Counted from the first letter of the stretch, positions 1 through 10,832 are shown. The stretch: DNA of 32,000 nt from Candidatus Hadarchaeota archaeon (GCA_964514965.1 CAZETV010000002.1:90001-122000); one strand, 5' to 3'. The notes: generated by a model not told the origin, from the sequence alone. Program-made: numbers and translations.

Positions 1-1083
1 GCTCCGCCCGACTCGCTGGAGCAAGCGAGTGGCCTGGCGAGGAGAATTGTACTGGATAACTAGGTCTATTCGCCCGATGTCCAACCCTAGCTCCATGCTC
101 GAAGTGCAGACGATCCCTTTGAGCTCACCCTGTTTCAGCCCTCGCTCGGACCGGAGCCTCGAGAAGCCCGACAGTGACCCATGGTGGACGCTGAGAGGAA
201 AACGAATATCCCAGAGGCGGAAGCGACTCGCCAAGATTTCAGCGGTTGCGCGTGTGTTGGTGAAGACGAGCGTGGAACCGTGCTCTTCGATTAACTTTCG
301 CATCGTGCGTAAACGGGCAGCAACTGGAGAGTAAGTGTAGAGTTCTGATGCCAGCCGTTCGTCGCGCTTGGTCGCTGCGGGGTAGAGGATATCCAGTTCC
401 AACTCACGAACGACGCTAACATCTACAACCTCGCATGATCTATCCACACCTGCCAGAAATCTGGCGACCTCCTGCGGGGAACCAATTGTGGCGGAAAGCC
501 CGATGAGCTGGAATTCTCCACCTTTGAGCTTGCGCAGCCTTTCGAGTGTGAGGGCAAGCTGTACCCCGCGCTTGTTGTCAGCCAGCTCGTGGACCTCGTC
601 AATAATCACCCACCGCACGCTTCGCAGGTGCTGACTCAGTCTCCGGCCCATCAGGAATATCTGAAGGGTCTCAGGAGTGGTGATCAAAACATCTGGTGGG
701 ATTAATGCCTGTGCTCGCCGCTCACGCGCCGCCGTGTCCCCGTGACGGACTGATATCCGTAGGTCGAGAGCACGACACCACCACTCCAGCCGCTCAAGCA
801 TGTCACGGTTGAGGGCCCGAAGTGGAGTGATGTAGATTACCTTTATCCCACGTTCGCGCGTCTGTGATACCAAGAGTTGGTGTAGCACCGGTAAGAAAGA
901 GGCTTCCGTCTTTCCCGTACCCGCTGGAGCAATCAGCAGAACATTTTTGCCTTCAAGGATTTTGGGAATTGCTCTGCTTTGTGGGTGGGTAGGCTCGGTG
1001 AATCCCCGCTCGGCCAGCAACTTTCGGATTGGTCTGGCCAGTGAATCAAACACGTTGGATTCGTCCGACGTTTTAAACCCCAT
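1..1083 (-). CDS. Lhr-like / Ski2-like superfamily 2 ATP-dependent helicase (partial, continues past window start)
   Basis: Minus strand open from ATG at 1083: MGFKTSDESNVFDSLARPIRKLLAERGFTEPTHPQSRAIPKILEGKNVLLIAPAGTGKTEASFLPV (Walker A), RWVIIDEVHELA (DEVH), LIGLSATIG, VFTNTRATAE, CTSSMELGLDIG. Not in the supplied ORF track. Confidence 0.9.
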   Translation of the reverse strand, partial: MGFKTSDESNVFDSLARPIRKLLAERGFTEPTHPQSRAIPKILEGKNVLLIAPAGTGKTEASFLPVLHQLLVSQTRERGIKVIYITPLRALNRDMLERLEWWCRALDLRISVRHGDTAARERRAQALIPPDVLITTPETLQIFLMGRRLSQHLRSVRWVIIDEVHELADNKRGVQLALTLERLRKLKGGEFQLIGLSATIGSPQEVARFLAGVDRSCEVVDVSVVRELELDILYPAATKRDERLASELYTYSPVAARLRTMRKLIEEHGSTLVFTNTRATAEILASRFRLWDIRFPLSVHHGSLSGFSRLRSERGLKQGELKGIVCTSSMELGLDIGRIDLVIQYNSPRQATRLLQRVGRS

Positions 1084-1161
1084 GAACTTTTAGTCGGCTT
1101 TACTTATCAGTCTTGATTGCCAAATGGTGGTTTCACCCGTATGTGAATCGGGTCTTTAAAC

Positions 1162-1689
1162 CTAGCGGTAAGCGGCGCCCAGGTCCAACTTCCGGCGCAG
1201 CTCATCGAGTTTCAATTTCAGTTCAATATCTATCTTTCGCTGCTTCCCCGGGAGGAGACCTCTTAGATGCTCGGTCGACTCCTGATAGCGACCCATGCCC
1301 GCCGCGACAATCGCCCGATTCCTGAACTTGGGGTGAGAAGAAATCAGCCCGAAAGGCATTGGCAACCCTTCCTCCATGAGCTCGCGAATTTCATCGTCCA
1401 CCTTCCGAGCGGCCACCCGCGCCCCAGCACCGACCATCTCGTAAGGACTTTTTAACTCGCCCTTGATCTGCCAGATACCCACATCTGGGCCGTAAAAGAA
1501 GAGGTCTCTGTAGCCGTAATCATCACCACCAGTTAAAACCCGCCACTTGTTTTGAAGCTTGGGGAACTGCCTGTAGCGCTTGCGCATTTCCTCCATAATC
1601 TTCGATAGTGAACTAACATCCACGTTATCACCAGTATCGCACCTTGAAGTCTGAAAACCCGCCACGATAATTTTCCCATTCGACATCAA
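1162..1689 (-). CDS. Hypothetical protein, 175 aa
   Basis: Open reading frame of coding character between two genes on the same strand; no family recognised. Confidence 0.55.
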   Translation of the reverse strand: MMSNGKIIVAGFQTSRCDTGDNVDVSSLSKIMEEMRKRYRQFPKLQNKWRVLTGGDDYGYRDLFFYGPDVGIWQIKGELKSPYEMVGAGARVAARKVDDEIRELMEEGLPMPFGLISSHPKFRNRAIVAAGMGRYQESTEHLRGLLPGKQRKIDIELKLKLDELRRKLDLGAAYR

Positions 1690-1906
1690 CTTTGCTGACC
1701 GTGGCTCCAGAAGGACCGTGATTGCAAAAGTTCAGCACTCGCTCCACCGCATCCTTTTCGCCCTCGAACACCGCTTCGACTCGACCATCGTGTGTGTTTC
1801 TAACCCAACCGTGAACACCGAGTTGCTGCGCCAATTCTCGAGTGTAATATCTGAAAGAAACGCCCTGAACCATTCCAGATATCAGCACGTGGGCCCTCGC
1901 TTTCAT
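1628..1906 (-). CDS. Acylphosphatase
   Basis: ARAHVLISGMVQGVSFRYYTRELAQQLGVHGWVRNTHDGRVEAVFEG, classic acylphosphatase motif. Confidence 0.92.
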   Translation of the reverse strand: MKARAHVLISGMVQGVSFRYYTRELAQQLGVHGWVRNTHDGRVEAVFEGEKDAVERVLNFCNHGPSGATVSKVDVEWENYRGGFSDFKVRYW

Positions 1907-1993
1907 TAAAATCCCATTTCAATTATGTGCGGCCTAACAAAAAATTGTTGCTCAAGAGGTAAACTTCATCTGCGCCAATTGATTTTCGATTTC

Positions 1994-2578
1994 CTACCTC
2001 GAAACGAACGGATTTCCCTGGACGAAAAACCTCAGCTTCCGCTTTAGGTCAGCACTCACTCCAATGCGATGCGAATCTCTTATCTTAAATTGTTCGACTC
2101 TACCTTCGATTATTGTCAATTCGCTCTTAGAGTTTGTTAAATCTAGTCCGTGGTGTTCACGTGTTATGCCCATAGCACGCGTCAGCTTCCCTGGTCCCGA
2201 CATCAATTCAAGTTCATCTGAAATCTGCCTTCGCTGGCGCATAAGTTCGACACCCTCCAACGGCATTAGCGCGCGAATAAACACTGACCCCGGTACGCCT
2301 TCCCGCTCGGTTGTTACGTTAAACAATTCATGTGCATGTATTGAATACACAAACGCCAATCCGCCACGCCACCACATTATCTCGTTTAGCCTTGTACGTT
2401 TGCGCGAGGCCCGGGAAGCCAGATCTCTCTTGCCGTAGTACGCTTCGACCTCGACGATATTGCCGCTCGTGAGACCTTCGCTCGTGCGGTGGATGAATAC
2501 TTTCCCCAGCAGTTCTCTGGCAACCGTGGAAGTGTCACGCTCGTAGAAATCTCTCGGGAGAGGATGCATGTTAACCAC
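1994..2578 (-). CDS. DNA-3-methyladenine glycosylase (AAG/MPG family)
   Basis: RDTSTVARELLGKVFIHR, IVEVEAYYGKRDLASRAS, GVPGSVFIRALMPLEG, SGPGKLTRAMGI. Confidence 0.85.
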   Translation of the reverse strand: MVNMHPLPRDFYERDTSTVARELLGKVFIHRTSEGLTSGNIVEVEAYYGKRDLASRASRKRTRLNEIMWWRGGLAFVYSIHAHELFNVTTEREGVPGSVFIRALMPLEGVELMRQRRQISDELELMSGPGKLTRAMGITREHHGLDLTNSKSELTIIEGRVEQFKIRDSHRIGVSADLKRKLRFFVQGNPFVSR

Positions 2579-2640
2579 CCAGGATTTCTCCAGAATTGTT
2601 AAAAATATGTTCGACGTAACTAAAAGATGGAGGTTATGAT

Positions 2641-3303
2641 ATGGAGCTTGACCCGAAGGTAAAGGAGAGATACCCAGACTTCATCGCGGCTTATGCATTA
2701 GTGAGCGGCTTGACTATTGAGCCGGCCACCGAAGGGCTGATCGAGCGAAAGCGCGAAGTATTCAGCAACCTCAAGGCGAGCTATGGGGCCCAGAACGTGC
2801 TGGACCTAGCCGAATTGAAGACATACCGCGCATTTTTCAAAGTGATGGGTGCAGACCCTTCGAGCTATCGTCCCGCGCCGGAATATTTGCTCCGCCGAGC
2901 GCTCGATGATCGATTTCCTGCTGTCAACAACTTGGTTGACGCTTGTTTGCTTGCTACGATCGAGCACTTAGTGATGGTAGGGAGCTACGATGCTGACAAG
3001 GCAAAAGGGCAAGTTGTGACGACGCTGGCGACAGAGCCCAAGCCCTTCGAATTAATAAACGGACGAAAAATCAGCGCGAAGCCCGACGAAATCATCCTGC
3101 GAGATGATGCGAAGATGCTGGCGGCATACACTCTCGGTGACGCGAAAGCAGCGATGATCACGCAGAAAACATCAAATGCTTTAATCGTGATCTGGAACGC
3201 CCTTGGCATAACACGCGAAAGAGTTGAGGCAGCTCTCAACGCAACCACAACCTACGCTCGGAAGTTCTGCGGCGGTCATGTGGAGCGAAGTGAACTGCTT
3301 TAG
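2641..3303 (+). CDS. B3/B4 (phenylalanyl-tRNA synthetase beta-like) domain protein
   Basis: YRAFFKVMGADPSSYRPAPEYLLRRAL...FPAVNNLVDACLLATIEHLVMVGSYDADK typical of B3/4-domain proteins. Confidence 0.75.
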   Translation: MELDPKVKERYPDFIAAYALVSGLTIEPATEGLIERKREVFSNLKASYGAQNVLDLAELKTYRAFFKVMGADPSSYRPAPEYLLRRALDDRFPAVNNLVDACLLATIEHLVMVGSYDADKAKGQVVTTLATEPKPFELINGRKISAKPDEIILRDDAKMLAAYTLGDAKAAMITQKTSNALIVIWNALGITRERVEAALNATTTYARKFCGGHVERSELL

Positions 3304-3312
3304 GTTGGCACA

Positions 3313-3522
3313 ATGCACCAGCTGACTTGGCTAGACATTGCGTTTGTTCTAATAGGAGTTGCCCTTTTGCTGCTTCCCATCTTGGGCAAGTATATTGACC
3401 TCTCACAGGTGCCGTCTTGGCTGATTTACATCTATCACAGTAATGGGTTCTACTTCTTGACTTCGCCATTACTACTCGTGCTCTCGATTGGTGCATTCAT
3501 CGCCTACATTTTGATGAGGTAA
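3313..3522 (+). CDS. Small two-TM membrane protein
   Basis: 69 aa ORF with two hydrophobic segments (WLDIAFVLIGVALLLLPILG, FLTSPLLLVLSIGAFIAYILM). Confidence 0.45.
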   Translation: MHQLTWLDIAFVLIGVALLLLPILGKYIDLSQVPSWLIYIYHSNGFYFLTSPLLLVLSIGAFIAYILMR

Positions 3523-3572
3523 AGGACGAATGATTTTAGTTTCCAAACGTCGCCATGATATAAGGAGATAAC

Positions 3573-4790
3573 ATAACTTCGCAACTCTCGCTTCGCCAGC
3601 GGCAGGCGCTCCTCCTCAGCTCAAAAGACGGATGGGCGCCCGGCAAGGAAATCTTTATTCACTTCACGAACCCTGCTTTTACGCTCTCCACTCAAAACGG
3701 GGTCACGACGTTAGAATCACCCAAACGCAAGCTTAAGTTAAAGGACGACCCAATCACCATCTTGGAAAATTTTCTAGCCCAAGACTACTTCGCCGTTGGT
3801 TACTTGAGTTACGAATTTTTTAAGTACCTCGAGCGGGATTTTGTACCCAACCCGCGCAAAGATGGCGCCACTTTTCCAGACGCCTGTTTCTTATTTTTCG
3901 AAGGTGACGCTGCGCGAGGAAATATCGATGATTGGTGGGGTGAGAATGAGAATATAACCAGCTCAAAAAAGACATTCAACCCGCGCCCGAACATGACTAA
4001 ATCTAATTTCATCCGTATGGTCGAGCAGGCGCGCGACTACATCGGCAAAGGTGATATCTACCAAGTGAACCTCTCGCAACGCTTTGAGGTGCCGTTTGAT
4101 ATCCCGCCGCAATTGTTCCTCGCCAAGCTTTACAGGGTGCAGCCAGTCCCGTTCGCATGCTGCATGGACTTTGGGGAGTTCCAGCTTGTGAGCGGGTCCA
4201 TGGAGCTCTTTCTGAGGAGAAAGGGCAGACAATTGGTGACAAAACCGATTAAGGGCACCCGAAAACGAGGGGCAACTGCCGATGAAGACAAAGCCCTACG
4301 AGAAGAGCTCGCGGCAAGCAAAAAAGAGCGAGCCGAAAACCTCATGATTACTGATCTCATGCGTAACGACTTAGGGCGAGTTTGCGAGTACGGCAGCGTA
4401 AGAATAAACAATCTCTTCAAGATAGAATCCTATTCAACACTTTACCAGATGGTATCAGAGATAGAGGGCACCTTACGTGGTGAGATTACAATCAACAACA
4501 TGATCCAAAATACTTTCCCACCGGGCTCAATAACTGGAGCCCCCAAGCGTCGAGCTATGGAAATCATCGACGAGCTTGAGCCACATTTGCGGGGCCCTTA
4601 CTGTGGTGCCATCGGTATTTTCGAGCCTTCCGGCGACTTCACATTGAGCGTTGCAATCAGAGTGTTCGTTTCATCGCGGGGGAGAGGTACCTTCTGGGTA
4701 GGGGGAGGAATCATGTGGGACTCGGTACCCGAACAGGAGTACGAGGAAACCCTAATCAAAGCAAAAGCGATAATGAAAGCGCTCGCGTGA
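3573..4790 (+). CDS. pabB: Anthranilate / para-aminobenzoate synthase component I
   Basis: KPIKGTRKRGATADEDKALREELAASKKERAENLMITDLMRNDLGRVCEYGSV, FPPGSITGAPKRRAMEIIDELEP, SGDFTLSVAIRV, WVGGGIMWDSVPEQEYEET. Track starts at TTG 3762; family-like coding sequence extends upstream to at least 3573, where an AAGGAG precedes an ATA codon. pabB rather than trpE inferred from the neighbouring pabC-like gene. Confidence 0.85.
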   Translation: MTSQLSLRQRQALLLSSKDGWAPGKEIFIHFTNPAFTLSTQNGVTTLESPKRKLKLKDDPITILENFLAQDYFAVGYLSYEFFKYLERDFVPNPRKDGATFPDACFLFFEGDAARGNIDDWWGENENITSSKKTFNPRPNMTKSNFIRMVEQARDYIGKGDIYQVNLSQRFEVPFDIPPQLFLAKLYRVQPVPFACCMDFGEFQLVSGSMELFLRRKGRQLVTKPIKGTRKRGATADEDKALREELAASKKERAENLMITDLMRNDLGRVCEYGSVRINNLFKIESYSTLYQMVSEIEGTLRGEITINNMIQNTFPPGSITGAPKRRAMEIIDELEPHLRGPYCGAIGIFEPSGDFTLSVAIRVFVSSRGRGTFWVGGGIMWDSVPEQEYEETLIKAKAIMKALA

Positions 4791-4799
4791 GGTGGTGAG

Positions 4800-5615
4800 G
4801 TGAAGGAATTTATTTTTCTTGACGGGAAACCGTTAAAGCAAAAACTCCCGCTGCGCTCGTTGTTCTACGGTGAGGGACTCTTCGAAACCTTCAGGTGGCC
4901 CGGCTCACCACCCGTTTTCCTAAAAAAACACATCGATCGAATGAAACGGGGCTCTGAATTTCTTAAAATACCATTTCCCGCTGAACAAAACATGAAAAAT
5001 GCTTTGGACGATTCTGTAAACAAATCTGGCGTGAAGGATGCCTATGTAAAACTTTGTGTCCTTTGCGCTGGCCCCTCGAAATTTTACAAACTGGCGAACG
5101 AAGTACAGGTGCTAGTAATGGTTAAGGAATACGCGCCACCGAATAAATATGTAAGGGCCCATGTCGTCCCATTCAAGCGAATTTCCTCTTCCCCTCTATC
5201 CCGAATCAAGTCTATAAATTACCTTGAGAACATGCTCGCCCGAAGGGAGGCCGAGCGTAGGGGTTACGGCGAGGCGATATTCCTAAACGAGCGCGGCGAA
5301 GTGGCCGAAGGTAGTTCCACGAATATCTTTTGGGTAAAGCGAGGGGTCCTTTATACCCCTGCTCTTGAGTGTGGGCTCTTGCCCGGCATCACTAGGGAAG
5401 CGCTCATCTCGCTAGCCCCAGAACTGGATCTCGAATTAAAGGAAGGGAAATTCAACTTAAATGAAATCTTCGCGTCCCAGGGCGCGTTTTTCACTAACTC
5501 ATTGATAGGGATAGCGGCTATCACCGAGATAGACGAGACAGAATTGACCGTAGACGGGGCGCTTTTCGGCAGGCTCAGGAACTCCCTCTTTAGGAGACTT
5601 GGATGGGCCCCCTAA
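4800..5615 (+). CDS. pabC: Class IV PLP aminotransferase (4-amino-4-deoxychorismate lyase / branched-chain aminotransferase like)
   Basis: LRSLFYGEGLFETFR, INYLENMLARREAERRGYGEAIFLNERGEVAEGSSTNIFWVKRGVLYTPALECGLLPGITREALI; follows pabB-like gene. Confidence 0.8.
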   Translation: MKEFIFLDGKPLKQKLPLRSLFYGEGLFETFRWPGSPPVFLKKHIDRMKRGSEFLKIPFPAEQNMKNALDDSVNKSGVKDAYVKLCVLCAGPSKFYKLANEVQVLVMVKEYAPPNKYVRAHVVPFKRISSSPLSRIKSINYLENMLARREAERRGYGEAIFLNERGEVAEGSSTNIFWVKRGVLYTPALECGLLPGITREALISLAPELDLELKEGKFNLNEIFASQGAFFTNSLIGIAAITEIDETELTVDGALFGRLRNSLFRRLGWAP

Positions 5616-5956
5616 CTTTTTTCTTTCAACTTCAAAATTGCCTCGGCGATGTCGCCACCTGTTTCCTTGAGCACCTGCATTGCGGCCTCTAGCTCGACTC
5701 CCGCCTGATCCATCACCAGCTTGATGTCATCTTCGCTCGGCCCTAGCTCTAGCTTTCGCTCGAACTCCTGCCCGCTCACCTGATAGCTCCGCTGTCCTGC
5801 CATCTCGGTGCGCGTCACCTGAGCGTTGGATATCACGATTTCCCGGTCTGCGAGCTTGATTACGACCTCTTGCACACCCTCAAGCTCATCCATTTTAACT
5901 CCCATCTGCCGCATCGCACGCTCCATCTGCCGCCGGTCTATCCGTTTTGGAAACAC
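5612..5956 (-). CDS. nac: Archaeal nascent polypeptide-associated complex protein (NAC)
   Basis: MRQMGVKMDELEGVQEVVIKLADREIVISNAQVTRTEMAGQRSYQVSG plus C-terminal UBA DIKLVMDQAGVELEAAMQVLKETGGDIAEAILKL. Confidence 0.93.
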   Translation of the reverse strand: MFPKRIDRRQMERAMRQMGVKMDELEGVQEVVIKLADREIVISNAQVTRTEMAGQRSYQVSGQEFERKLELGPSEDDIKLVMDQAGVELEAAMQVLKETGGDIAEAILKLKEKS

Positions 5957-5984
5957 TAAACCAACCTCGGCGTTTCAAACGCTG

Positions 5985-6512
5985 CTAACTCAATGCCCTT
6001 TGCCCTTTTTTTTCCATCCGTTCATTTATACCACCTAACCCTCTTCTAACTTCTACTGCTTTACCGACTTTAAACGCTATCATTTCCTCACCAGTTAATA
6101 AGGTTTTACCGCTCGCTAGCAGACGGTCCCGTGAATCCACGACTAGCACCTCCTCGGCAGGCCTTATCTCAGGGTCCGCTGCCACGACGTGTTTTGCGAA
6201 CACTGTCTTTCCCTGCGCTACAAAAGGTGCCGCATCGTCGCTCACCACCACTCGAAGGCTAGGTGGCTTGAGTGTCCGATGCACTAGCTCGGCTCCTTTT
6301 CGATTAAGAATGATGAAACCATCGGAGGCGCGAATCGAACACAATGGCTCGCCGGTCAATAGAACTTGACGAATTCTCCCTCTACTTTTCAACACTTGGA
6401 CGCTGCTGGGAAAAAGTGCCTGCCCAACCCCACGGCCGAATAAATAGTCCGCCACCGCGCGTAGTTTAAACAGTTCTTTCCCCGTTGGTTCCTGCAAACG
6501 ACCACCGTGCAA
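5985..6512 (-). CDS. PUA domain-containing RNA-binding protein
   Basis: PFVAQGKTVFAKHVVAADPEIRPAEEVLVVDSRDRLLASGKTLLTGEEMIAFKVGKAVEVRRG matches PUA domain pattern; upstream of NAC. Confidence 0.8.
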   Translation of the reverse strand: MHGGRLQEPTGKELFKLRAVADYLFGRGVGQALFPSSVQVLKSRGRIRQVLLTGEPLCSIRASDGFIILNRKGAELVHRTLKPPSLRVVVSDDAAPFVAQGKTVFAKHVVAADPEIRPAEEVLVVDSRDRLLASGKTLLTGEEMIAFKVGKAVEVRRGLGGINERMEKKGQRALS

Positions 6513-6643
6513 AATTGACTGCGGCTAGTGAAAAAGTTTTGGGGCGTTGGATATTCTAAATATGACACGCTATGCTCAGCGCCTTTTTGTTAATGAGGCG
6601 ATGAGATTTTAAGGATTCACACCTGAGAGAGCTTGGGAGCTCG

Positions 6644-7687
6644 ATGATACTTACCTTTGAACAGGAAAAAACCATCATTCGAACATTGCTACAGAAGCTC
6701 GGTGTGGACGAAGAGCAATCCAGCGCCACGGCCGAAGTCTTAGCTGAGGGCGACCTCCGCGGCTTCTCCTCCCACGGCCTTCTCCGCCTGCCCTACATCC
6801 TGAGGGCGCTAAAGCGAGGTACGATCATCGCCAATGCAAAGGTCGAAATCATGCGCGAAACTCCGGCGACCGCGCTCATTAACGGTGGGCACGGGCTGGG
6901 CCACTACACCGGGATGCGAGCGATACGCACAGCAATCGAAAAGGCGAAAAAACAGGGTGTGGCCGCAGTCGGCGTTTATAACTCAAACCATTTCGGCATC
7001 GCAGGGTACTACGCTGAGTTAGCGATGCGTGAAGAGTTGATCGCCATCGTGACCACAACTACCGACGCACTCGTTCACCCTTGGGGCGGCGTCGAACCCT
7101 TGCTTGGAACAAACGCTCTGGCCATCGGCATCCCCTCCAAGCCTCCCGTTTTGCTCGACATGGCGATGAGCGTCGCGGCACGTGGTAAGCTCGTTAAAGC
7201 GATGAAGGAAGGCAAACCCATTTCTGAAAATTGGGCAATCGATTCTGAAGGACGACCGACGACCGATCCTGAGAAAGGCCTAGAGGGAGCGCTCAGCCCA
7301 TTTGGAGGGGTCAAGGGCTACGGGTTGGCTTTCATGCTCGAAATATTAGCAGGCCCGCTGGTGGGTGCCGCTGCAGGGAAGGAAGTTCACGGCACACTCG
7401 AGCCAGTGGAGGGTTTTTCCACCAAAGGAGACCTCATGGTCGTGATTGACCCGGCAAAATTCGGATCAATCGATGAATTCAAGGCACGCATTCAAAAGTT
7501 TGTGACGCAGCTCAAGGAATCCCGCAAGGCTCCAGGTGTTAAAGAGATTTTGGTGCCTGGTGAACCTGAGTTCTGCATCCGAGAGAAGCGACTTCAGGAA
7601 GGCATCCCGATAGCCGACGAAGTTTGGACCGAACTTGAGCAGATTGCAAAGGATTTAGGGGTAAATATAAAACCCCCTAAAAAATAA
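6644..7687 (+). CDS. Malate/L-lactate (L-2-hydroxycarboxylate) dehydrogenase family, NAD(P)-dependent
   Basis: GDLRGFSSHGLLRLPYIL, NGGHGLGHYTGMRAI, VGVYNSNHFGIAGYYAELA, GTNALAIGIPSKPPVLLDMAMSVAARGK, LSPFGGVKGYGLAFMLEILAG. Confidence 0.92.
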   Translation: MILTFEQEKTIIRTLLQKLGVDEEQSSATAEVLAEGDLRGFSSHGLLRLPYILRALKRGTIIANAKVEIMRETPATALINGGHGLGHYTGMRAIRTAIEKAKKQGVAAVGVYNSNHFGIAGYYAELAMREELIAIVTTTTDALVHPWGGVEPLLGTNALAIGIPSKPPVLLDMAMSVAARGKLVKAMKEGKPISENWAIDSEGRPTTDPEKGLEGALSPFGGVKGYGLAFMLEILAGPLVGAAAGKEVHGTLEPVEGFSTKGDLMVVIDPAKFGSIDEFKARIQKFVTQLKESRKAPGVKEILVPGEPEFCIREKRLQEGIPIADEVWTELEQIAKDLGVNIKPPKK

Positions 7688-7732
7688 CAAACAATTTCAG
7701 TAATGTCTACGGAACCAACTCTTCAAACAGAC

Positions 7733-8296
7733 TCAATTTCGTTTCAAGTAATCGATAAGCTCGCTTGATATCAGCGGCTTGTCCTTGACGAGCGGGAACG
7801 CATATGACAAAAATGTTGAATATACCTCGCTTATTTGAATTTCAAGCCCACGCTGCACGAGCAACTCCTCGAGTCGCTTGCCTTCGAACACCCGCTTGGC
7901 CATGTATACCGCGCCGTCTATCGCGAATTGATGCTTTCCTAGATTTCGTGCGAGAGCCCTAGGCAACGATGCGGTCAGCAATTTTCTGGTCCGCCCGAGC
8001 GGAGGCTCCCCGCCCAAGATGCCACCGATGACGATTGCCCGCTTACCCCGCATGTCATCGGGTGATAGCTTTTTTCTCGCGCGAGGGTCGAGCACAACCA
8101 ACTCCTTTTGATTAAAAATTTCCTTTACTCGTCTTCGTTCAACCTGTGTCATGCGTTTAATCTTTTGGGATTCTTTTATCTTTTTCACGTTTGTTAAGAT
8201 CAGGTTATTTTTCCCGACGATTCGCGCTGCATTCGAATACTCAATGGAAATCCATTCGCTCAACTTAGGCTCAAGGTGCTCGATGACGAATAACAT
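7733..8296 (-). CDS. DUF431 / Sfm1-like SPOUT-family methyltransferase
   Basis: MLFVIEHLEPKLSEWISIEYSNAARIVGKNNLILTNV, VLDPRARKKLSPDDMRGKRAIVIGGILGGEPPLGRTRKLL. Confidence 0.75.
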   Translation of the reverse strand: MLFVIEHLEPKLSEWISIEYSNAARIVGKNNLILTNVKKIKESQKIKRMTQVERRRVKEIFNQKELVVLDPRARKKLSPDDMRGKRAIVIGGILGGEPPLGRTRKLLTASLPRALARNLGKHQFAIDGAVYMAKRVFEGKRLEELLVQRGLEIQISEVYSTFLSYAFPLVKDKPLISSELIDYLKRN

Positions 8297-8389
8297 TGGC
8301 TATCCCAAACAGTTTATTGGCGACGATATAACTAAAATGCTTAAAAAACAGTGCAACCTTCGCAAAACAGACCCTGCAACGGGTCAACG

Positions 8390-9631
8390 CTAAGTTTTTT
8401 TCGTTAGCAGCTCAACAACAGGCATTTTCTCGCCAGAAAGAAAACTTATGCATGCGCCGCCGCCAGTGCTGATATGTTTTATCCGGTCGGTAACTCCTGC
8501 TTCACGCGCAGCTGCCACTATATGTCCTCCGCCGATTATTGTGAAAGCTTGGGAGTTTGCCATGGCTTTAAGCACTTTGAAAGTTCCCTGTTCGAATCCT
8601 TGCTTTTCAAAAATTCCCAGCGGACCATTTATGACGACAGTTTTCGCCCCCAAGATTACCTTCGAGTACTCCTCGACCGTTTTGCTTCCAATGTCTCCAA
8701 TAGGTAGGTCTGTCGGGAGCTTATCTACTCCTAGTTCTTTCGGTGTTTCTTTCTCCTCAACAATTAAGTCAGAAGGAATTTTTATCTTGTCTCCGTGCTG
8801 GGAAAGCAAACGCTTAGCCCGCTCTATTTCTTCACCAAAACCTTTATCGAGCAAAAATTGTAGGTTCAGCTTACCCAAATCCTTGCCACTTGCCGCAAGA
8901 AGGGCATGCCCGACCAAGCCCCCCGTTAACACGAAGTCCGCAATACCCTTAGCAAATACATTTTCGATTATGGTGAGTGAATCATCAGCTTTCGCGCCCC
9001 CCAACACATAAACGGAGGGGTGCTCAGGAGTCAACGCGCGACCCAGCCCTTTGAGTTCACGTTCCATAAGCCGCCCAGCAAAGGTCGGCAGCACAGCGCC
9101 AAACCCAACCAAAGAAGGCTGGGATCGGTGGGCTGCGCCGAACGCATCATTCACGTAGATATCTACAAGTTCAGCGAGCCTTTTAACTAGATGAGTTTTC
9201 GCCATCTTCTCGGGAGAACCTTTCAATGTTTCCTCGGCGCAGAATCTTACGTTCTCAAGCAGCAGTATCTCACCCGATTGCATTTTCTGGATTTCGGACT
9301 TGGCCGTTGGCCCGAAAATGTCCGGGATATATTTAACATCTAAACCGACATCAGCACTCAATTTTTTCGAGTGTTCCTCCAGAGTAGTGAAATCTTCATC
9401 GCCAGGCCTCCCTTGGTGGGCGAGAACGACGACTTTTGCTCCTTTTTCTGCCAGTTCTTTGATGGTAGGAGCACATTCTCTTATCCGCGTGTCGTCTAAG
9501 ATTTCACCAGTTTTTGGGTCGATGGGTGCGTTTATGTCCACTCGCACGAGCACTGTCTTTCCTTTAACTTCAGCCTTATCGAGGGTAGGAAATTCCAAAC
9601 CTTTCACCCCATACGCCAGCACGGGCGTCAT
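8390..9631 (-). CDS. pgk: Phosphoglycerate kinase
   Basis: GKTVLVRVDINAPIDPKTGEILDDTRI, AHQGRPG, VYVNDAFGAAHRSQPSLVGF, VYVLGGAKADDSLTII, GPLGIFE, STGGGACISFLSG. Confidence 0.96.
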   Translation of the reverse strand: MTPVLAYGVKGLEFPTLDKAEVKGKTVLVRVDINAPIDPKTGEILDDTRIRECAPTIKELAEKGAKVVVLAHQGRPGDEDFTTLEEHSKKLSADVGLDVKYIPDIFGPTAKSEIQKMQSGEILLLENVRFCAEETLKGSPEKMAKTHLVKRLAELVDIYVNDAFGAAHRSQPSLVGFGAVLPTFAGRLMERELKGLGRALTPEHPSVYVLGGAKADDSLTIIENVFAKGIADFVLTGGLVGHALLAASGKDLGKLNLQFLLDKGFGEEIERAKRLLSQHGDKIKIPSDLIVEEKETPKELGVDKLPTDLPIGDIGSKTVEEYSKVILGAKTVVINGPLGIFEKQGFEQGTFKVLKAMANSQAFTIIGGGHIVAAAREAGVTDRIKHISTGGGACISFLSGEKMPVVELLTKKT

Positions 9632-9659
9632 GACAAATTATTTCTTAAAATTGCCCCCA

Positions 9660-10661
<1,002 letters not shown>

Positions 10662-10832
10662 TTAAACCCCTCCTAATTCATTCACCAAAAACGTTATTTA
10701 AACTTTTTCGTCACCCCATTCTTAGCTAATAATTAGTTTTCTACACGAAAAAACGTATCTTCTCACCCATACATAGGCCAATTGTCTCATTTTTTAGACG
10801 CTTAACATTTTTGGTAAGATTTAAAAGCTAGT

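Noticed and set aside
29-334. 101-aa plus-strand ORF at window start
   Set aside because: Antisense to the Lhr-like helicase reading frame spanning 1-1083.
3762-5615. Tryptophan operon (trpE) call
   Set aside because: No trpG/trpD/trpC-like genes nearby; the adjacent class IV aminotransferase-like gene favours pabB/pabC, though component I families cannot be separated with certainty by eye.
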